Part shown: positions 1 through 7,372 of the stretch, in pieces
Layout of the letters: each line of letters begins with the position of its first letter
Numbering within the stretch: position 1 is the stretch's first letter
From: a virus
Lineage: Duplodnaviria; Caudoviricetes
IMG/VR virus record: IMGVR_UViG_3300037458_001599
Location: 1-38,138 of that record
DNA: 38,138 nt
Strand: one strand, 5' to 3'
The notes under the pieces: model-generated
Databases searched by the model: none
Told to the model about the DNA's origin: nothing
What the model saw: the letters and a program-made list of their open reading frames with translations, nothing else
Program-made: the position numbers and the translations under genes

Positions 1-1
1 C

Positions 2-232
2 TCAGGGCTGGGACTGGCGGTCCACTTCAGACAGCCACCACGCCACGCTCAATCCGCTGTCCTTGAAGGGCTGGTACGCCTCGGCCATGGTCGTCAGCTC
101 GGCCATCCAGTTGATGGATGTCCACTCCGTCCTGAGCGGGCGCAGGATGGAGGCGATGGTGCTGATGTCCTCGCCGTAGGCCATGAGGATGACGCGCGCC
201 AGCTGGCGCGCGTCAGCAGCGTTGATGGCCAT
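2..232 (-). CDS. hypothetical protein (76 aa)
   Basis: ATG abuts the stop of the upstream gene; protein-like composition. Confidence 0.7.
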   Translation of the reverse strand: MAINAADARQLARVILMAYGEDISTIASILRPLRTEWTSINWMAELTTMAEAYQPFKDSGLSVAWWLSEVDRQSQP

Positions 233-556
233 CTAGTCGCCTCCACTGGCCATGTGCCAGTCGTGATGTGTCGTGGTGCGCTTCGTCATCGTGGGCGGCG
301 TGATGGTGCTCGCCCACTCGGCCCCCGGCGTGTCGTCCACGTAGAGGCACTCCCAGGGGCGGGTGATGAGCTGGCCGCAGGTGTGGCACAGGTACGTGAC
401 GCTCCCGACCAGGTCGAAGCGTCCGCCGGCCATCGTCGCCACGAGCGCGACTTGCGGGATGGACAGGCCCGTCGAGTCGATGGCCGACCTGGACCCCAGG
501 ACTCCAAGGACCCGCCGGGCTGCCTCGCGCCAGCCGGCGCTCGTGGCGACTGCCAT
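233..556 (-). CDS. hypothetical protein with CxxC and C-terminal HHxxH, possibly Zn-binding (107 aa)
   Basis: Start reassigned to ATG 556 (MAVATSAG), 2 nt after the upstream stop; CHTC and HHDWH motifs. Confidence 0.7.
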   Translation of the reverse strand: MAVATSAGWREAARRVLGVLGSRSAIDSTGLSIPQVALVATMAGGRFDLVGSVTYLCHTCGQLITRPWECLYVDDTPGAEWASTITPPTMTKRTTTHHDWHMASGGD

Positions 557-558
557 GT

Positions 559-972
559 CTAGGTGAGTGGCACCGTGATGGTCCCGGCACTGATCGAGAC
601 GACCGCGCCGGAGACGATGGAGACGGTATTCAGAATCAAGTCCGCCGTGGCCGTCCCGACGTTGCCGTCGGCGATGGCGGCTGGGGTGCCGGACGAGATG
701 CGGAACCAGGTCGCCGTGTCGGTGTCGTCGGCCGAGCTGTCCTGGGTGATGGCGTTGGCCGTGGCGACGCCCGCGGAGGCGGCGCCGAAGGCCGTGGCAT
801 TGAACGTGAGGGTCGCGAGGAGCGTCTGCGCGCCGACGGCCGTGTCGGTCGTCGCCGCCCGCGTGTCGCCGTAGATCTTGAGCGTGCCCGCGCCGCCCGT
901 GTCGATGCTGTCGACGAGGGCGTTGCACATCGCCGAAGCGACGGCCTCACTCACGCTGAGGTCGGCTGCCAT
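559..972 (-). CDS. putative virion structural / minor tail-like beta-rich protein (137 aa)
   Basis: GGAGG RBS; Ala/Thr/Gly-rich; LKIY..LLATLTF..TATWFRI..DGNVGT..LILNT pattern resembles phage tail-associated proteins. Confidence 0.6.
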   Translation of the reverse strand: MAADLSVSEAVASAMCNALVDSIDTGGAGTLKIYGDTRAATTDTAVGAQTLLATLTFNATAFGAASAGVATANAITQDSSADDTDTATWFRISSGTPAAIADGNVGTATADLILNTVSIVSGAVVSISAGTITVPLT

Positions 973-975
973 GGG

Positions 976-1173
976 TCAATCCTCCTGGGGTGGTACGTGG
1001 GATGGGTGGTAGGAGCGTGTGGTCTTGGTGAGGTGCTCGAGGTCGGTGACGCCGGCCTCGTCGGCGAAGACGACCTCCTCGTCGGGGATGTCCGTGCCAC
1101 AGGCCCAGCAGCGGTAGACGACGCGGCCCGTGAGCTGGACCTCGCCCGCCGGAGCCCGCCACTCGGCGCTCAT
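976..1173 (-). CDS. hypothetical protein with CWAC motif (65 aa)
   Basis: C-terminal part of track ORF 976..2022; ATGA overlap with the upstream gene at 1170-1173. Confidence 0.65.
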   Translation of the reverse strand: MSAEWRAPAGEVQLTGRVVYRCWACGTDIPDEEVVFADEAGVTDLEHLTKTTRSYHPSHVPPQED

Positions 1174-1472
1174 GCGACCTGGCTCTTGACGGTGCCGTAG
1201 ATGCCACTCGCGGCGGCGCCGCCCATGATGCCCACGAGCACGGCCTGCAGGACGGCCTCGCCGCTCACCGAGACGCCCTGCAGGACGAACAGCGCGAGCA
1301 AGGCGAGCAGCGTGGCGATGCCGATGGAGAGCAGCGGCCCCCAGCGCGTCACGGCCTCGGCCGAGAGAGCGGCTGCGCGCTTCACGACTTCCACGGCGAT
1401 GACGGTGACGATGGTCACGCCGCTGATCGTGAGCAGCGCGCTGACCTGCGGGACGTCGGGGTCCATGCTCAT
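1170..1472 (-). CDS. putative holin (about 3 TM segments, 100 aa)
   Basis: MSMDPDV start with GAGGAGG RBS and ATGA overlap; VEVVK..GPLLSIGI..GIMGGAAASGIY pattern resembles small phage holins; follows the peptidase gene. Confidence 0.7.
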   Translation of the reverse strand: MSMDPDVPQVSALLTISGVTIVTVIAVEVVKRAAALSAEAVTRWGPLLSIGIATLLALLALFVLQGVSVSGEAVLQAVLVGIMGGAAASGIYGTVKSQVA

Positions 1473-2233
1473 GCCTCCTCGCTGCGCAGCGCGTCGACCG
1501 CGTCGCGCGCCTGGATGAGAGCCGCCTCGCGCGCTGCCGCCTTGGCGTTCGTGCAGTCGCCGGGCTGCTGCTCCAGGCACGTCTTGAGCGCCTCCATCGT
1601 CCGATACAGGGTCGTCCGCGAGCCGCGCCGCACGATGGCGTAGAAGGGCAGCCCTGCCGGCGTGTGGAAGCGGCTTGCGAACTGGCGCAACTCCTCGCGC
1701 GGCACCCAGCGCGGCCGGGAGCGTGCCGGGCGCAGCGGGTCGTCCACGAGCGCGGCGTCCTGCCGGGCCCGGATGACGAGGATGGAGTGGTCGTAGTCGT
1801 CGTCGCCCTGGGCCGTACGCAGGAAGCTGCGCATGTTCGTGATGCGGCTGGGGTTGCCCTGCAGGAGCACGCTGCTGCGTTCGGTGAGCGCGGCCCACAT
1901 GCCGGCGAAGTCAAGGTCTGCCGAGCCGTCGGTCGTGCGGCGCAGGGCCGGGAGCTGCGGCCAGTAGACCGCGACGCCGCGGGCGAGGTCCTCGAGCGTG
2001 GAGCCGCCGACGAGGTCGCCACTGGCGTCGCGGAGCGCCTCGCGGGTCGCCTTCAGGCGCCGCTGGCCGTAGGGCCACCAGTCGCGGTCGCGGGTCGCGG
2101 CACCCGTCGTCCAGATGTCGATCAAGCCGTAGCCGCTGGCCCAGGTGCAGTCGACGAACTGCGTCTCGCCCCAGACTTCGGTGATGTGGGGCGGGGTGTA
2201 CAGGTCGGGGTCGAGCGAGAGGGTCCGGGTCAC
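1469..2233 (-). CDS. C39-like (papain-fold) cysteine peptidase, putative lysin (254 aa)
   Basis: QFVDCTWAS (Cys), DHSILV (His), VDDPL (Asp) in papain-like order; flanked by membrane proteins. Confidence 0.6.
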   Translation of the reverse strand: MTRTLSLDPDLYTPPHITEVWGETQFVDCTWASGYGLIDIWTTGAATRDRDWWPYGQRRLKATREALRDASGDLVGGSTLEDLARGVAVYWPQLPALRRTTDGSADLDFAGMWAALTERSSVLLQGNPSRITNMRSFLRTAQGDDDYDHSILVIRARQDAALVDDPLRPARSRPRWVPREELRQFASRFHTPAGLPFYAIVRRGSRTTLYRTMEALKTCLEQQPGDCTNAKAAAREAALIQARDAVDALRSEEA

Positions 2234-2547
2234 AGGGTCGGCCTCCGCATGTAGCGAGCCGCCAGCGTCCAGCCCGCGGCGGCGAGGAGGATGAGCGCGC
2301 TGAAACGCAGCGTGGAGAGCAGCAGGCTGATGTTGGGGATGACGCCCGTCTCGAGCCGTGCGAAGGCCGAGAGCAGCGTGGTGAGGCAGAGCAGGACGAT
2401 GGCGACGGTGCCGGCCATCATCGAGGCCGGCATGCGTGCCAGCCAGGCACCCGCCACGACGGTGAGGCTGGCCACGAGCAGCAGCGCGCCGAGGACGATG
2501 TTGGCCGCGGCCATGACCGCGTCGGGGGTCAGCGCTTCAGGAGCCAT
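2230..2547 (-). CDS. membrane protein, about 3 TM, lysis-module candidate (105 aa)
   Basis: Three hydrophobic stretches, basic C-terminus; GTGA coupling to the peptidase. Confidence 0.7.
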   Translation of the reverse strand: MAPEALTPDAVMAAANIVLGALLLVASLTVVAGAWLARMPASMMAGTVAIVLLCLTTLLSAFARLETGVIPNISLLLSTLRFSALILLAAAGWTLAARYMRRPTL

Positions 2548-2744
2548 GCCACGCTCTCGATGCCCAGGAGGACGAGGACCGCCGCCAGGACGAGCGCGAG
2601 CGCCCAGTCGCTGAGCGACGTGTAGCGCTCACCCAGTACCGCCGGACCGACTCGGTCGAGCATGATGCCGGCGACGAGGGTGCCGGCGACGAGCCAGCGG
2701 ACCCGCTCTCGCAGTTCCTTGAGCTCGTCGGGGTCATGGGACAT
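2529..2744 (-). CDS. membrane protein, 2 TM (71 aa)
   Basis: Two hydrophobic segments; first gene left of attP. Confidence 0.7.
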   Translation of the reverse strand: MSHDPDELKELRERVRWLVAGTLVAGIMLDRVGPAVLGERYTSLSDWALALVLAAVLVLLGIESVAWLLKR

Positions 2745-2764
2745 CCCACGGCTTCAGACGACGA

Positions 2765-2795
2765 GCCGTGGGCCGGAGGGGGGTCGGCCCACGGC
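2765..2795. promoter_or_regulatory. perfect 11-bp stem-loop in the leader of the lysis module
   Basis: GCCGTGGGCCG-N9-CGGCCCACGGC. Confidence 0.55.
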
Positions 2796-2869
2796 ATCGC
2801 ACGAGGAGAGGAGGGGGGTCGCTCTCACGCTCGTGGTGTAGCACATCGGGGCCCGGAAGTCACTACCGC

Positions 2870-2893
2870 GTGACACGCCCGGTGACACGCCGG
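2870..2893. repeat. putative integrase arm-type sites, left pair (12-bp tandem GTGACACGCCCG)
   Basis: gtgacacgcccg gtgacacgccgg; same motif recurs on the other side of the att core. Confidence 0.7.
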
Positions 2894-2917
2894 GGCCCGA
2901 AACGCGCACGACCTCGG

Positions 2918-2965
2918 CGGCTTATATCCGACTGGTTCCTGGTTCGAATCCAGGCTCCCCTACCA
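2918..2965 (+). other. attP core: 3' half of a tRNA-Ile(TAT) gene, not a complete tRNA
   Basis: Anticodon arm CGG-CTTATAT-CCG, T arm CCTGG-TTCGAAT-CCAGG, acceptor 3' strand CTCCCCT-A-CCA; no D arm or 5' acceptor strand upstream; adjacent to the integrase 3' end. Confidence 0.88.
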
Positions 2966-3016
2966 ATCCTGAGCGTCAGGAGCGACCAGCAGGTGCAGGA
3001 GTGAGCACGAGCACCA

Positions 3017-3046
3017 GCCCGGTGACACGCCCGGTGACACGCCCGG
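3017..3046. repeat. putative integrase arm-type sites, right group (2.5 x GCCCGGTGACAC)
   Basis: gcccggtgacac gcccggtgacac gcccgg directly after the integrase stop. Confidence 0.7.
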
Positions 3047-4204
3047 CTAGCCGCCCACCATGCGCTCGAGGGCGTCGGCAGCCTCGCGCTCCCGGCCCTG
3101 GGCGACGTGGGTGTACACGCTGAGCGTCGTGCCGACCTGGGAGTGGCGCAGGTACTGCTGGGCGAGGCGAGGATGGACGCCGTCGGCGGCCAGCAGCGTG
3201 GCCGCCCCGTGGCGCAGGTCGTGGAGGCGCAGCGAGGGCAGCCCGGCCTTCGCGAGGAGCGCCTGGAAGCGCTTCGTGAGCTGGGTCGCGTTGACCGGCC
3301 AGCCCGAGGGCGTGACGAACACGAGACCCTCCTCGGTCGGCACGCCAGCGGCGATGCGCTCGAGGAGCTGACCGCGCTGGTGCTCGACGAGGCGCGACAC
3401 GACGAAGCCGGGGAGCGGCACGGGCGCCTCGCTGGCCCGGGTCTTCAGCTGGGCCCGGACGGCCCGCTCGCCGGAGCCCACGAGCTGCCAGCGGACATGC
3501 GCGAGGCCCGCCTCCAGGTCGACGTCGGCCCAGGCCAGGCCGAGCACCTCGCCGACCCGCAGGCCGCACAGGGCGAGCGCGTAGGCGGCCTCGTAGCGGT
3601 CGTCCTTGACGGCGGCCAGGATGGCGCGGGCCATCTCCGGGGTCATCGCCTCCCGGGCGACCCGCGGCACCCGCGGCATCTCCACGAGCAGGGCCACGTT
3701 GCGCTCGAGGTGGCCGCGGCGGACCGCCATGTCGAGGGCACGCCGGAGCATGGCCAGGGCGTTGCGGCGGGTCTTCGCCGAGGCCGCGGCCGGTGGCGTC
3801 TCGGGGTCCTTGAGATGACGCCGCGAGGTCATGCGGTTGAGCGAGGCCTCGATGTCCTCGGCCTCGAGGCGGGCGATGGGGATGTCGGCGATGGGCTGCC
3901 ACTCGGCCAGCACGGCCCGGTAGCCGCGCACGGTGTTCGGGGCGAGCGACGGGCTGGCCGTCTCAGCCAGCCAGCCCCGGAGGTAGTCGCCAAGGGTCGG
4001 GCCGTCCACCATCGGGTCGAGCAGCTCGGCGAGGGCCGCCCTGGCCTCCGCCTTCGTCCGTCGGACGCGGCGCACGACGTGGCGATCGGCGCGTGGTCCG
4101 AAGCTCGCCTGCGCCACCCAGCGCACGTACTCCTGGCCGTCCGGGCGTGTCCGGGTGCGCTTGTACAGGCTCCCCTCGCCGCTCATCCGGCGCGTCCTCC
4201 CCAT
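3047..4204 (-). CDS. int: tyrosine integrase (385 aa)
   Basis: GEGSLYKR N-terminus, GLRVGEVLGL (R), LHDLRH (HxxR), LRHSQ..TTLSVYTH (H, Y); start reassigned to MGRTRR. Confidence 0.95.
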   Translation of the reverse strand: MGRTRRMSGEGSLYKRTRTRPDGQEYVRWVAQASFGPRADRHVVRRVRRTKAEARAALAELLDPMVDGPTLGDYLRGWLAETASPSLAPNTVRGYRAVLAEWQPIADIPIARLEAEDIEASLNRMTSRRHLKDPETPPAAASAKTRRNALAMLRRALDMAVRRGHLERNVALLVEMPRVPRVAREAMTPEMARAILAAVKDDRYEAAYALALCGLRVGEVLGLAWADVDLEAGLAHVRWQLVGSGERAVRAQLKTRASEAPVPLPGFVVSRLVEHQRGQLLERIAAGVPTEEGLVFVTPSGWPVNATQLTKRFQALLAKAGLPSLRLHDLRHGAATLLAADGVHPRLAQQYLRHSQVGTTLSVYTHVAQGREREAADALERMVGG

Positions 4205-4343
4205 GGCTGACATCGTAGACCCAGCTCGATGGCACGAGCAGCCTCCGGCCGACGCGGCGGAGCGGGGCATGTCGCCGGACCGAGCTCGGCGAGACACCGA
4301 GGCTCGCGGCGGCCGCGGTGACCGAGAGCCACTCGTCAGCCAT
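3963..4343 (-). CDS. excisionase-like HTH protein (first ~45 aa), 3' part overlapping int
   Basis: WLSVTAAAASLGVSPSSVRR..RRVGRRLLVP is an Xis/HTH_17-like pattern; immediately upstream of int. Confidence 0.6.
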   Translation of the reverse strand: MADEWLSVTAAAASLGVSPSSVRRHAPLRRVGRRLLVPSSWVYDVSHGEDAPDERRGEPVQAHPDTPGRPGVRALGGAGELRTTRRSPRRAPRPTDEGGGQGGPRRAARPDGGRPDPWRLPPGLAG

Positions 4344-4491
4344 CGCCCTTCAGCGCGTCGTGAGCGGCGAGGGCGGCGGCTACAGCATCTTGCGACTGCT
4401 GGGTGTCGCAGGGCCAGAGGTCGCGGCACTCGTTGCAGAAATCGAACTCTGTCGCGACGTGCCGCGCCCTGATGGCGTCCACGTTCGTCAT
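4336..4491 (-). CDS. small Zn-finger-like protein (H..CNEC..WPC, 51 aa), not in ORF track
   Basis: Translated by hand: MTNVDAIRARHVATEFDFCNECRDLWPCDTQQSQDAVAAALAAHDALKGDG; ATGA overlap at 4488-4491. Confidence 0.65.
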   Translation of the reverse strand: MTNVDAIRARHVATEFDFCNECRDLWPCDTQQSQDAVAAALAAHDALKGDG

Positions 4492-4844
4492 GGCTTCACC
4501 AGCGCGTCGTGGGCGGCGAGGGCGTCGCGGGCCTGCTCATCGGAGCGGTCGGAGGGTGGGCCGTCGTAGTACGACTCCAACGCCTCGGCCAGCCGGTCGG
4601 CGTCCTCGCGGGCAGCGTCACGCTGGCGTTCACGGGCGAGGACTAGGTTGCTCAGTTCGTAGTTCAGTTGGCGGCACTCAGCCAGCGCAGCCAGGGCCCA
4701 GTCGGCGCGCTCGCGCTCCTGCGCCCTGGCCTCGGCCTCGATGGCGAGGATGTCTGGGACGATGGCCGCAGGTGACGGCGACAGGAGTAGGCGCTTGGCG
4801 TAGTCCGCGAGCGTCTTCCCCGTCGGCGTCGTCGGCTCGCTCAT
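4488..4844 (-). CDS. hypothetical coiled-coil protein (118 aa)
   Basis: ATGA coupling at both ends. Confidence 0.7.
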   Translation of the reverse strand: MSEPTTPTGKTLADYAKRLLLSPSPAAIVPDILAIEAEARAQERERADWALAALAECRQLNYELSNLVLARERQRDAAREDADRLAEALESYYDGPPSDRSDEQARDALAAHDALVKP

Positions 4845-5227
4845 GGCTCATCTCCCAGCGCAGCGGCGATGGCTGACTCGTACTCCACGAAGTCGGAATA
4901 GAGCGAGAACGCGAAGCCCTGCCAGCGTGTCTCGGCATCGAACTCGTCCATGCGGTCTACGGGCCTGCCGCCATCGGGGGGCCACCTGTCGAACGCGAAG
5001 CCGTACTTGCGCATGTAGCCTCGTACTGTCTCTGCTGGGGTCAGTCCGACACGTTCCACCGCCGCCCCGATGGCAGCCTGTCGGGCGAGGGTCTGTCCTG
5101 CGGGGGTGGCGAGGATGGCGGGCCAGCAGTAGGTGAGCCTGCCGCGGCCGTCTGCCACCATGGCCACGGAGTCCGGGCAGGTATGGGTTTCGATGGCCTC
5201 GGCCAGCAGGGTCGTGATGTCGCTCAT
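4841..5227 (-). CDS. hypothetical protein (128 aa)
   Basis: Start reassigned to MSDITT with GAGGAG RBS; C-terminal half of track ORF 4841..5551. Confidence 0.7.
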   Translation of the reverse strand: MSDITTLLAEAIETHTCPDSVAMVADGRGRLTYCWPAILATPAGQTLARQAAIGAAVERVGLTPAETVRGYMRKYGFAFDRWPPDGGRPVDRMDEFDAETRWQGFAFSLYSDFVEYESAIAAALGDEP

Positions 5228-5551
5228 GGCGCGGGCTCCTCGAGGTTCAGTAGCCGTCGGGGTACGTCTAGGCGGTAGTGCCCTCCCCGGCGGCTCTCCT
5301 CCCAGACCATGGGCCAGATGAAGCCGCCCATCATGGCCCCCACCACATCCTCGTTGCCCGACCAGCCGCCCGTGTGCAGTTCTACCTCGATGCTGTCCTC
5401 GTGGTCGGTCTGTACCCAGTAGTCCGGGTAGCGCCAGCACTCGCGGGCAGTAGTCGAGCCAGCCGTCGATGTCCTCCATGGGCCAGTCGTGGATGTCTTG
5501 TAGCGTCTCGTCGGTGGGGTATCCGTCCTTGTCGAAGGTGGGCGCGCTCAT
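5224..5551 (-). pseudogene. phage hypothetical gene interrupted by one extra base near 5445-5447
   Basis: Span is 328 nt (3n+1); removing one base gives MSAPTFDKDGYPT...CRECWRYPDYW...LHTGGWSGNEDVVGAM...WEESRRGGHY...EEPAP ending in the ATGA overlap at 5224-5227. Confidence 0.75.
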
Positions 5552-5850
5552 GGCGCGGGCTCCTCCGTCATCACGACATCACTCGTGCTGCGGTCGGGGA
5601 CGCACCCGCACTCGCACTGGGAGCAGGGCCTCGGGTGGAGGTCGTGGTGCTTGTCACCGGGCCCCGTCGTCACGACGAGCCTCTGCGCGTCGTAGCGAGA
5701 GCCCATGAGGCCGAGGTGGTCCTGGATGGCGCGCAGCAGGGTGAGCCCGGAGACCTCGTCGTCCTGTTCCATGATGACGTCCGGCTGGCCGTCCTCGAAG
5801 GTCAGGATCCAGCCGTTCCTGGCGCGGTAGACGGTCAGCTCGGGGATCAC
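5548..5850 (-). CDS. hypothetical protein with Cys-rich C-terminus (100 aa)
   Basis: GAGGAGG RBS; stop/start overlaps at both ends. Confidence 0.7.
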   Translation of the reverse strand: MIPELTVYRARNGWILTFEDGQPDVIMEQDDEVSGLTLLRAIQDHLGLMGSRYDAQRLVVTTGPGDKHHDLHPRPCSQCECGCVPDRSTSDVVMTEEPAP

Positions 5851-6068
5851 GGCAGCCCCTCCTCGATCTCCTGGTCGAGCCTGGCGATGGCGCAGTCAGG
5901 GACCTTGTCGCCGGCGGCGCGGTGCGCGATGAGGTGCGTCCGCATCCCCTGGCGCGTGGCGAAGACGGGGAAGTGATCGCCGCCCATCGAGCAGGCGCAG
6001 CACTCCCAGCCGTCTCCCGTGCGGTAGACGTAGACGTCAGAGCCGTGGCCGAACCGGCAGTAGCTCAC
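5847..6068 (-). CDS. small Cys/His-rich phage protein (MSYCR..SDVYVY..CCAC, 73 aa)
   Basis: Closely coupled ORF; putative metal ligands C, C, H, H. Confidence 0.7.
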   Translation of the reverse strand: MSYCRFGHGSDVYVYRTGDGWECCACSMGGDHFPVFATRQGMRTHLIAHRAAGDKVPDCAIARLDQEIEEGLP

Positions 6069-6069
6069 G

Positions 6070-7131
6070 TCACCAGCCCTCGGCCTTCCGGTTCTGGACG
6101 ATGATCGGCAGGCTGATCGTCGGGCCGTGCTCTGGCGTCGAGACCCAGAGCGCCTGCATCGCCGGCTCGGGGCGCAGGTTGAGGCCGTAGGCGAACTCGT
6201 CGTAGCCCTTGAGGCTGCCGCCCATGATCATCCCGCGGAACGGCGGCATGTACTGGTGGAAGTGACCCAGGACCATGACGTGCATCGGCCTGGCCGTCGC
6301 CATCTGGCGCACGGTCTTGCGGTGGACGCCCAGGAGCAGCGGCGCGAGCTCGGCCGAGATGCCGCTCCCGCCGCGGAACTGGTCGCCGTGGGTGAGGGTG
6401 TAGTTGGTCTCGTAGATCCGGACGGTCAGGTCCATCGCGTCGCTCACCTGGAACGTGACGCGCGGGTCGCCGGCGAACCTGGCCGCGACCTGGCGCCAGA
6501 GGAGCCACTCGATGTTCGACTGCGCCCGGTCCTTGAAGACGGGCTTGCGGCTGTTGCGCCCGTGGTTGCCCACGACGCAGGCGACGTGGAGCTTGCCGAA
6601 CTCCTCGGCCAGGGTGCGGAGGGCCGCCGTGAGCTGGCCGATCCAATGGTCGGCCGACTCGTAGAGGGTGCCCTCGTTCGTCTGCTTGAGCTCCTCGTGG
6701 ATGTCGCCCGACAGGATGTCCCCGGTGGCCGGCACGAAGAGCCCCTCGATCTCGACGCCCGCGATGTAGTCGCGGGCCTGGACGATGACCTTCTCGACCC
6801 AGCGGTGGAGCCGGAGCTCGGCGATGCGCCGGTCGTACGCGTTGATCTCGTCGACCTGGATGGGCTCGACGACCTCGTCGAAGTGCGTGTCGGTGAGCTG
6901 CGCGCAGACGATCCCCACATGACGCCCGCCCTTCGACCGCGGCTTCAGGGTCCAGGCCGGCGCGGCCGGCGTGCGCGAGAGCTTGTCGGCCAGGCCGAGC
7001 ACCTTGCGCAGGTCGCGGTTGTCGTCCTCGAGCGCGCGGATGCGCGCCTGGTAGGCGCGCCCCTGGCGGTCGGCCTCGGCGACGCGCTCCTGCTGCTCCC
7101 GGATGGGGGCGAGAGGATCAGGCCCGTCCAC
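6070..7131 (-). CDS. calcineurin-like metallophosphoesterase with N-terminal coiled coil (353 aa)
   Basis: DTH, GDILSGD, GNHG, THGD, GHFH motifs in canonical order. Confidence 0.9.
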   Translation of the reverse strand: MDGPDPLAPIREQQERVAEADRQGRAYQARIRALEDDNRDLRKVLGLADKLSRTPAAPAWTLKPRSKGGRHVGIVCAQLTDTHFDEVVEPIQVDEINAYDRRIAELRLHRWVEKVIVQARDYIAGVEIEGLFVPATGDILSGDIHEELKQTNEGTLYESADHWIGQLTAALRTLAEEFGKLHVACVVGNHGRNSRKPVFKDRAQSNIEWLLWRQVAARFAGDPRVTFQVSDAMDLTVRIYETNYTLTHGDQFRGGSGISAELAPLLLGVHRKTVRQMATARPMHVMVLGHFHQYMPPFRGMIMGGSLKGYDEFAYGLNLRPEPAMQALWVSTPEHGPTISLPIIVQNRKAEGW

Positions 7132-7372
7132 AGCGGCACACTCCCTTCCGGTGGCGCTGGATCGTCTGCGAGTCGCGCGACACGCCGCACTCCTTCGCCA
7201 GCCAGGCCTCGATCGTCACGCCGAGGATCGACGGATCCGCGCATGCCAGGCCGAGCAGGTGGGACTGCCGCTCGGGCAGCTCCTCGAGGAGCCTCCCGAT
7301 GGAGCAGGTCACCACCCTCGGTCGCTGGTAGCGCCGTACCTCCGCGAGCTCGTCGACCGTCGTCGCCATCAC
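7118..7372 (-). CDS. small HTH/Zn-binding protein (84 aa)
   Basis: CSIG..TIEAWL..SQTIQRHRKGVCRC; overlaps the phosphoesterase start. Confidence 0.6.
   Translation of the reverse strand: MMATTVDELAEVRRYQRPRVVTCSIGRLLEELPERQSHLLGLACADPSILGVTIEAWLAKECGVSRDSQTIQRHRKGVCRCGRA

Noticed and set aside
2890-2965. Complete tRNA gene
   Set aside because: No D arm or 5' acceptor strand complementary to CTCCCCT; only the 3' half is present, as expected for an att core
3047-4429. 460-aa integrase with long N-terminal extension
   Set aside because: Extension overlaps the Xis-like and 51-aa genes; the family-like N-terminus begins at MGRTRR..GEGS
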